From: Bdellovibrionales bacterium
GTDB lineage: Bacteria; Bdellovibrionota; Bdellovibrionia; Bdellovibrionales; UBA1609
Length of the DNA stretch: 64,000 bases
Assembly (NCBI GenBank): GCA_965200875.1
Contig: OZ241456.1
Location: forward strand, 1,472,001 to 1,536,000
Direction: 5' to 3'
Shown piece by piece: positions 57,600-64,000 of the stretch. Every line of letters begins with the position of its first letter. Position 1 is the first letter of the stretch. Below the pieces are notes generated by a model. It was not told where the DNA came from. It was given only the letters and a program-made list of their open reading frames with translations, and ran no database searches. The translations under genes and the position numbers were made by a program.

Positions 57600-58001
57600 T
57601 TAATTTTTGTGTTTAAAAAGACCTTCAATAATAGCGCGAACGATTGCAAAAACACTTACAGTTGTGCTTCCGATCAGAGTAACCAGAGCCCATTTATCAA
57701 GCTGAAATCCAAAACACTGAAAGCCACTGCATACCAAGATAAAAAGAACAATACCCGACCATATACACATATACCAAAACATTTTCCTAGCATAGTTTTC
57801 TCTTAAATTTCTGTTGCTTTCTCGATCCTTTATTTCCTCTCTTGCAAGCTCTGCTTTTTGCTCATCTTGCAAATCTTTTTCTGGAACTTTATATTCTTCT
57901 TGTATATCCTTGGATATATCTTTTAATATTTTAAGTAGTGAATTTGTTGCTGATTTTAAATCTTCTTTTATCGGCTGGTTTATATTATTTTTGTTGTTCA
58001 T
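57600..58001 (-). CDS. Two-TM hypothetical protein, candidate partner toxin of the Panacea gene
   Basis: Charged N-terminus and two hydrophobic helices; downstream of DUF4065. Confidence 0.6.
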   Translation of the reverse strand: MNNKNNINQPIKEDLKSATNSLLKILKDISKDIQEEYKVPEKDLQDEQKAELAREEIKDRESNRNLRENYARKMFWYMCIWSGIVLFILVCSGFQCFGFQLDKWALVTLIGSTTVSVFAIVRAIIEGLFKHKN

Positions 58002-58158
58002 TTTTATTTATTGTTCAAGGGTTATTCCAATTAGTCACCGGTGAAAAAGTATGTAATTTTTCTGGATCCTAATTTCTCGCTGGACTGAAAAGCAAACAGC
58101 TTTAGTTTTCAGTTTCCAAGAGGGAACTTTCACCTAAACAGACAAGTAACTCACATAA

Positions 58159-58665
58159 TCAAAGTTGTTTCACACTTGACTGCTTATTTTTTGTAAGACC
58201 TTTATAATATTTTTTGATTTCATCGTTACTTATGGAAAAACCTCTTATATGTTTTCCAGCTTCCCAAGCTTTATACCAAGGAGCATCCTCAGCATGGGTA
58301 ATAGCTGATAACTCCCAACCATCTAGATTTCCAAACTCTTTGTGAGTAAAATCCATAATGATTTTTTCGTCCTCATCAAAATGGGAGCTGACATCCTCTA
58401 AAGTATTGTTTACCATATTTGCTTTTTGAGCTTTATTTTTAATTAGCCCCGGTTTTTCATATTTAAACTCGTGATATATACTTGGGAAAACAGGACCGAA
58501 CTTCCATGCTTCCGCATATTCATCTGCCAAAGGCTTATCAAGTAGAGCCAAAGTAAAACCATGAGAAATATAAGACAATTTAAGAAGTTGCATTAAAGTT
58601 AATCCATTATCACTTAAACCTATAAAATAATTTGCAATAGCTATAGGATTATGCCCTATTGACAT
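58159..58665 (-). CDS. Panacea/SocA (DUF4065) antitoxin-domain protein
   Basis: IANYFI, LMQLLKLSY, EAWKFGPV, LSAITH...PW. Confidence 0.88.
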   Translation of the reverse strand: MSIGHNPIAIANYFIGLSDNGLTLMQLLKLSYISHGFTLALLDKPLADEYAEAWKFGPVFPSIYHEFKYEKPGLIKNKAQKANMVNNTLEDVSSHFDEDEKIIMDFTHKEFGNLDGWELSAITHAEDAPWYKAWEAGKHIRGFSISNDEIKKYYKGLTKNKQSSVKQL

Positions 58666-58872
58666 TTTATAATCTCCTTAACTGACTTTTTTTGACTTGA
58701 CATGACTTTATTTTCCTTTATTTACGACTGAGAATCAAGGCATAAAACTGTGTTCCTCTATAAAACATCTTAAAAAAGGGACAAAATAGCGTTGTTTGCT
58801 CAAAAAACCTGAAATTTCAAGTGTGACCAGTATAAATATAAAAGCACAGTAACTGTTCAACTGTTTTTCCCA

Positions 58873-60312
58873 TCAAAGAAAAGCCTTTTCTATTTTTTGT
58901 TTTATTTCATCCAATAACTTCTTGTTTTTCTTCTTTAAAGACAAATATTCTTTCTCAAGAACCATCGGATCAGCATATTCTTCTTTATCAGTATGAGGAT
59001 TTTTTATATCTAAATTGTAATGATTCTTTTTTACCTCTTCTATGGAAACCTGCCATGAATACTTGTTTGCCTTTCTGTATTGAAACCACTCTTTAACTGG
59101 TTCAAACTCCTGACGCTGAATAGGGTTGCCCTTTGTATATTGCTTTAAACCTTGAGGTAAAGGAAGTTCATAATACCATACTTTTTTTGTCATTGAACCT
59201 TTTTTGAAAAACAAAAGATTTGTAGGAATGGAAGAATAAGGATTAAACACCCCTTTAGGCAATCTAACCATTGTATGAAGATTGCAGGTCTCTAAAAGCT
59301 CTTGTCTAATTCTTGCTGTCACTCCGGTTTGAAATAAACTTCCATTTGGTAAAACAACACCTGCTCTTCCGCCTTCTTTTAGCAAATTTACAATCAGTAT
59401 AAGAAACAAATCTGCTGTCTCGCTGGTTTGAAAACTTTGTGGAAAATTAGCTTTAACCCCTTCCTCTTCACTTCCACCAAAAGGAGGATTTGTTAAAATT
59501 ACATCCACTTTGTCCTTGGCTTTGTATTCTGTCATTATTTTTTTTAATTTGTTCCCTCTGACAATTTGAGTGGGATTTTCTATGCCATGTAACAACATAT
59601 TTGTCACACAAAGAAGATGCGGGAGAGGTTTTTTTTCCACTCCATAGATTTGCTTTTGAAGCTTTTTTCTGTCCTTTACTGTATGCACATCATTTTTTCT
59701 GAGATATTGGACAGCACAGGATAAAAAACCTCCTGTCCCGCAAGCCGGATCCAAAACTTTTTCTCCTAACTGAGGGCCAATCACTTCTGTCATAAACTGG
59801 GTGACAGGTCTTGGTGTATAAAACTCTCCTGCATTTCCAGCACCTTGTAAATCCTTTAAAAAGTTCTCATAAATATCTCCGAAGATATGCAAATCCTCTG
59901 TTTTATTAAAATCAACTTCATTCACTTTGTTAATAACTTGCCTTAGAAGTGTGCCATTTTTCATATAATTATTTGAATCCTGAAAAACCTCTTTAACCAT
60001 AATTCCTCTTGGATTTGTCTGAATATTTACAGACAAGTTTTTGAAGTGCGGAAACAAGTCATTATTGATAAATTTTAATAAATCATTTCCTGTAATACCT
60101 TCAGGGTTGCTTGCCCAATTTTTCCATAAGTATTTCTTAGGGATAGAAGGAGTATGATTTCTTTTTAAAGTTTCACTTTCAAGCTCTTTATCACTGAATA
60201 TCTTTAAGAAAAAAATCCAGCCCAGCTGTTCAATTCTCTGAGCATCTCCACTGACACCTGCATCTTGTCTCATAATGTTTTGTATGGATTTTACAAGATT
60301 TTGAAGAGACAT
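58873..60312 (-). CDS. hsdM: Type I R-M methyltransferase
   Basis: AGEFYTPR, DPACGTGGFL, NPPFGG. Confidence 0.95.
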   Translation of the reverse strand: MSLQNLVKSIQNIMRQDAGVSGDAQRIEQLGWIFFLKIFSDKELESETLKRNHTPSIPKKYLWKNWASNPEGITGNDLLKFINNDLFPHFKNLSVNIQTNPRGIMVKEVFQDSNNYMKNGTLLRQVINKVNEVDFNKTEDLHIFGDIYENFLKDLQGAGNAGEFYTPRPVTQFMTEVIGPQLGEKVLDPACGTGGFLSCAVQYLRKNDVHTVKDRKKLQKQIYGVEKKPLPHLLCVTNMLLHGIENPTQIVRGNKLKKIMTEYKAKDKVDVILTNPPFGGSEEEGVKANFPQSFQTSETADLFLILIVNLLKEGGRAGVVLPNGSLFQTGVTARIRQELLETCNLHTMVRLPKGVFNPYSSIPTNLLFFKKGSMTKKVWYYELPLPQGLKQYTKGNPIQRQEFEPVKEWFQYRKANKYSWQVSIEEVKKNHYNLDIKNPHTDKEEYADPMVLEKEYLSLKKKNKKLLDEIKQKIEKAFL

Positions 60313-60321
60313 TTCATATCC

Positions 60322-62619
60322 TTAATAAAGCTCACCCAGTATTTGTTTTATAGCTTTTATATAGTTTTCTTTGCCATTAAATTTGTTGATTATTTCCACC
60401 GGAGTGCCAAATTTTGCCATAGAGGGAGTTCTTAAAGTATCCAAGTTCTCCAAGCTATCCACTCCATTATAAGCATATTTTTTCAACAGCTCATTTATTA
60501 TTTGCTGACAATCTACCTCTAAAAAAGAGAAGGCAGAAGAGTTTTTAGCTTTCTCCACTCTTTGCTCTTTCGTCAAAAATTCTTTTCCGAAAACAAAATA
60601 ATTTATCAAATCAAACACATCTATATTGTGATGATTTTTTTGTTTTAAAGGCTCCGTCAATAAACCTTCTTCCTGTAATTCATCTATAATTTCCTTTTTA
60701 TTATTTGATTCCTTCCAATGAGTTACAAAATTGTCTAAAGTTGCGTATTTTTTACAGACAACTTTCTTTGTATAATCTATAAAAGATTCAGTGATAAGAT
60801 TTCCATCAGCCCCTATATATTTAACCTCTTCACCTATAATTTCAACCTGCTGATTTTTTACATAATATTTTCTTCTTGGTGTAACATCATCAGGATCTTC
60901 TATTTGTTTATCATGGATTTCATCTTCTGGATGAACCACAACAGATTCCCCTAGTGCGAGTTCATGGATTTCTACTGGTTCTCCGTCAAAATCAGGATCA
61001 TTGAAAAGCCTTGTTGCCCCTTTAAAATCCATAATGGTAAAAAACATTTTGTCAAAATCCTCTTCAACACGAGTTCCCCGTCCAATAATCTGTTTAAATT
61101 CTGACATGGAGTTAATTATTTTATCCAATACAATCAATTTACAGGTTCTTGCATCTACACCTGTTGTCAAAAGTTTTGAAGTTGTCACTATAACCGGATA
61201 CCTTTTTTCAGGATTAATAAAATTTTCAATTTCATTTTTTCCTATTTCGTCATCACCCGTTATCTTCATAATGTATTTATCGCTTTCTTTAACTTTTTCG
61301 GAATTTTGGTTGATGAGCTGTTGCCTCATTCTTTCAGCATGGTCTATATCCTCACAAAATATAATTGTTTTTTGAAAAGGATCTGTTTGCTCTAAAAACT
61401 CTGTGACCCTTTGAGCAACAAGCTCTGTTCTTTTTTCAAGGACAAGGCTTTTATCCATATCTTTTTGTTTAAACTCTCTACTTTCAATAAGCTGGCCATA
61501 TTTATCCCTCTGACCTTGTTTTGGTCTCCAGCCGTAAATGTCTTTATCTATATCAATTCTAATGACTTTATAGGGAGCTAGGAAGCCGTCTTCAATTCCC
61601 TGCTTTAAAGAATAAGTATAAACAGGATCACCAAAATAATGAATGTTGGACACATACCTAGTTTCTTTTGGAGTTGCTGTTAAACCGATTTGAGTTGCAG
61701 AGCTAAAATATTCCAAAATCTCACGCCAAGAGGAATCCTCTTTAGCACTCCCTCTATGACATTCATCAATCACAATTAAATCAAAAAAATCCTTAGAGAA
61801 TTTTCTAAAAATTTTCTTGTTCTCTTGCTCTCCTGTAATTGCCTGATACAAAGACAAAAAAACCTCGTATGCCGGATCTGCTACTCTTCCTTTGATTTTT
61901 GTCATTACCTGTCCAAAAGGAGCAAAATCATTGTTTCGACTTTGGTCAACCAAGATATTTCTATCCGCTAAAAACAAAATGCGTTTTTTCTTTTTAGCTT
62001 TCCATAATTTCCACATAATTTGAAAAGCCGTGTAGGTTTTTCCTGTCCCTGTTGCCATAACCAAAAGAAGTCTGTTTTGACCTTGAGATATAGCTTCAAC
62101 AGATCTGTTAATGGCAATTCTCTGATAATATCTTGGCTCTTTTGCTTCCACCCCACTATGATAAGGTTCTAAAATGATTTTTTCCTGCTCCTCACTGATA
62201 TTTTTATGCTCTTTATAAATTGACCACAGATATTCAGGGGAGGGAAAATCTTTTAGTTTCAATTCTGTTTCTTTTCCAGAGATTTTATCATGGAATAAAA
62301 AACCATCGCCATTTGAGGAAAAAGCAAAGGGAATGTCTAAAATGTCTGCATACCCTAAAGCCTGTTGTATCCCTGAAGATATAGAGTGATTGTTGTCCTT
62401 TGCTTCAATAACTGCAATTTGCCTGTCATTTTTATAAAGAATATAGTCCGCCTTTTTGCCCTTCAGTCTCTTGGTGTTTTGCCCTTGGACTTGTATTCTT
62501 CCGTCCGTAAAATAAAGCTCTTCTCTCATTTGAGAAATTTTATCCCAGCCTGCCTGTTCTATTGCAGGGGTAATATATTTTGTGCAAATATCCCGCTCTG
62601 TCAGATCTTTTTTATTCAT
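60322..62619 (-). CDS. hsdR: Type I restriction enzyme R subunit (EcoAI/EcoEI-like)
   Basis: ADYIL..AVIEAK nuclease motif, MATGTGKT, DECHRG, TATP, QIIGRGTR. Confidence 0.95.
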   Translation of the reverse strand: MNKKDLTERDICTKYITPAIEQAGWDKISQMREELYFTDGRIQVQGQNTKRLKGKKADYILYKNDRQIAVIEAKDNNHSISSGIQQALGYADILDIPFAFSSNGDGFLFHDKISGKETELKLKDFPSPEYLWSIYKEHKNISEEQEKIILEPYHSGVEAKEPRYYQRIAINRSVEAISQGQNRLLLVMATGTGKTYTAFQIMWKLWKAKKKKRILFLADRNILVDQSRNNDFAPFGQVMTKIKGRVADPAYEVFLSLYQAITGEQENKKIFRKFSKDFFDLIVIDECHRGSAKEDSSWREILEYFSSATQIGLTATPKETRYVSNIHYFGDPVYTYSLKQGIEDGFLAPYKVIRIDIDKDIYGWRPKQGQRDKYGQLIESREFKQKDMDKSLVLEKRTELVAQRVTEFLEQTDPFQKTIIFCEDIDHAERMRQQLINQNSEKVKESDKYIMKITGDDEIGKNEIENFINPEKRYPVIVTTSKLLTTGVDARTCKLIVLDKIINSMSEFKQIIGRGTRVEEDFDKMFFTIMDFKGATRLFNDPDFDGEPVEIHELALGESVVVHPEDEIHDKQIEDPDDVTPRRKYYVKNQQVEIIGEEVKYIGADGNLITESFIDYTKKVVCKKYATLDNFVTHWKESNNKKEIIDELQEEGLLTEPLKQKNHHNIDVFDLINYFVFGKEFLTKEQRVEKAKNSSAFSFLEVDCQQIINELLKKYAYNGVDSLENLDTLRTPSMAKFGTPVEIINKFNGKENYIKAIKQILGELY

Positions 62620-62723
62620 AATAATATACCTTATCTTTTTCTACTTGATTTAAAATAATCTTATTTACTTGACTTATCTTTTATTGTCCTCAAATTAACT
62701 GTTATTACAAGGATTTTACTATT

Positions 62724-63251
62724 ATGACCAAAAAAATCATTCATGGACAGCATTCATCCTCTAAAAAAGTAAAAAACTGGCTGGAATGGCTTAAAAAATG
62801 GAGGATGACTTCCTTAAAGTTCTCTGCTCCGTATTTGGAAATGGAATGGCAACCAATGGAGACAGATAAAGACGCCGCTTGGGAGCTTTATATCGAATTG
62901 CTGACCAGAATAACCACTCAACCATTGCCAATTCATCATGGAGATGAAAAAACTGCTCTTGATAGTGTGTATTCCATTTTCAGTTTAACACGAACAATTA
63001 TCAAATCACATAAAAATTGTATTGAATTTACAAAAATAGCTATTGTTGTTCTTAATCAAATTGTTAGGCCATTTACAGCAAAGTGGCATAAAATTTCTAT
63101 TGAGAAAGGATTTGAAAATTCAAATACCTGTAACACATTTCGTAAAGAGCTTTTACAACTTCAAAAGCAACTTTGTATTTATACCAAAATGCTGGCCGAT
63201 ATGGCCGGAGTGGAAGACTTGACAAATCTTGAAAATAAAACTTGTTACTAA
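62724..63251 (+). CDS. Conserved-looking hypothetical protein upstream of the TIR gene
   Basis: AAWELYIELLTRITTQPL...EKTALDSVYSIF...LNQIVRPFTAKWH; 17 bp from the TIR gene. Confidence 0.65.
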   Translation: MTKKIIHGQHSSSKKVKNWLEWLKKWRMTSLKFSAPYLEMEWQPMETDKDAAWELYIELLTRITTQPLPIHHGDEKTALDSVYSIFSLTRTIIKSHKNCIEFTKIAIVVLNQIVRPFTAKWHKISIEKGFENSNTCNTFRKELLQLQKQLCIYTKMLADMAGVEDLTNLENKTCY

Positions 63252-63268
63252 ACAAATAGGAGGAACTT

Positions 63269-63934
63269 ATGCACAAAGTATTTATCAGCTATCATCATGA
63301 AAATGATCAAGATTATAAAAATGAGATTTTGAGATTGAATAATAATTATAAATCGCAATATGGTGATCCTATATTTATTGATAAGTCTGTAGATACAGAA
63401 GACATATCAGAGGACTTGTCTGATGAAGACATTAGACAAAAAATTAGAGACGATTACTTACAAGATTCCACAGTGACAATCCTTCTTGTAGGCACTGAAA
63501 CAAAAAATCGCAAACATGTTGACTGGGAGTTATATTCCAGTATGTATAACGGGAAAAGAAATAAACAATCAGGGATTTTGGTTGTTAACTTGCCAACAAT
63601 TAAAAATTACTCCTCTATTACAGCAGGACATGAAGAACAAAATATTTACCCAGAAATTACATCGTGGACTTCTGTCACGACACGAACAGCATACGAAAAG
63701 AGGTATCCTTGTATGCCTGAGAGAATAATTGATAACTTAATTCATGCTGGAGCAAAAATATCTATTACCCACTGGGATAAGATTACTGATCCAAAAAGAT
63801 TAAAATACCTTATTGATGTTACATTTGCAGATAGAACTCATTGCGATTATGATTTAAAAAGACCAATGAGACGAAAAAATCTCAATCAACCTTTTTCTGA
63901 TATTAGATCTTCTCTATTTCAAAATCACCCATAA
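63269..63934 (+). CDS. TIR-domain protein (ThsB/MTH538-like)
   Basis: HKVFISYHH, IRDDYLQDSTVTILLVG, RKHVDWEL with catalytic Glu; AGGAGG RBS. Confidence 0.85.
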   Translation: MHKVFISYHHENDQDYKNEILRLNNNYKSQYGDPIFIDKSVDTEDISEDLSDEDIRQKIRDDYLQDSTVTILLVGTETKNRKHVDWELYSSMYNGKRNKQSGILVVNLPTIKNYSSITAGHEEQNIYPEITSWTSVTTRTAYEKRYPCMPERIIDNLIHAGAKISITHWDKITDPKRLKYLIDVTFADRTHCDYDLKRPMRRKNLNQPFSDIRSSLFQNHP

Positions 63935-64000
63935 TATCTTATAATTCTCTCACAGAAGACGCTTTTTTCTCAGAGCAGATTTCTCTTTTCAGGAGTTATT

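Overview
AT-rich bacterial chromosome segment. Gene style (fused nuoCD, short nuoG, RpoH, Tol-Pal, Cys-rich pilins, FliA-like promoters) suggests Bdellovibrionota/Oligoflexia; this is inference, not a database match. 1-19.6 kb: ETF-QO, recO, lnt and a nuoB-CD-E-F-G-I cluster. The cluster is split between nuoCD and nuoE by a ~9.4-kb accessory block: dual-OB + two DUF488 genes, a YhdJ-like MTase with a frameshifted REase, a secreted Gly/Ala-rich protein, an Rpn nuclease, an NspC-like decarboxylase and DUF3326. 19.9-34 kb: housekeeping genes (rnr, uvrC, rpoH, S41 protease, tolQRAB, sufB). 34-41.4 kb: secreted-protein region with Cys-rich paralogues, pentapeptide-repeat proteins, a stand-alone Rpn C-terminal peptide and pilin-like genes, interleaved with copies of a ~155-bp palindromic element. 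41.5-64 kb: defence island with one apparently intact type I R-M system, remnants of a second, two Fic genes, two dinD, rhuM, a Rad50/RloC-like ATPase, a mini GIY-YIG, DUF5131/TcmP, a Panacea gene and a TIR gene. Most striking signal: a 28-bp element of fixed geometry (8-bp arms, 12-nt/4-codon core) lies in frame inside both dinD genes and as three free palindromic variants just downstream of one dinD. rhuM carries an analogous coding palindrome. No rRNA, tRNA or CRISPR array was recognised. All coordinates were read by eye and may be off by a few bases.
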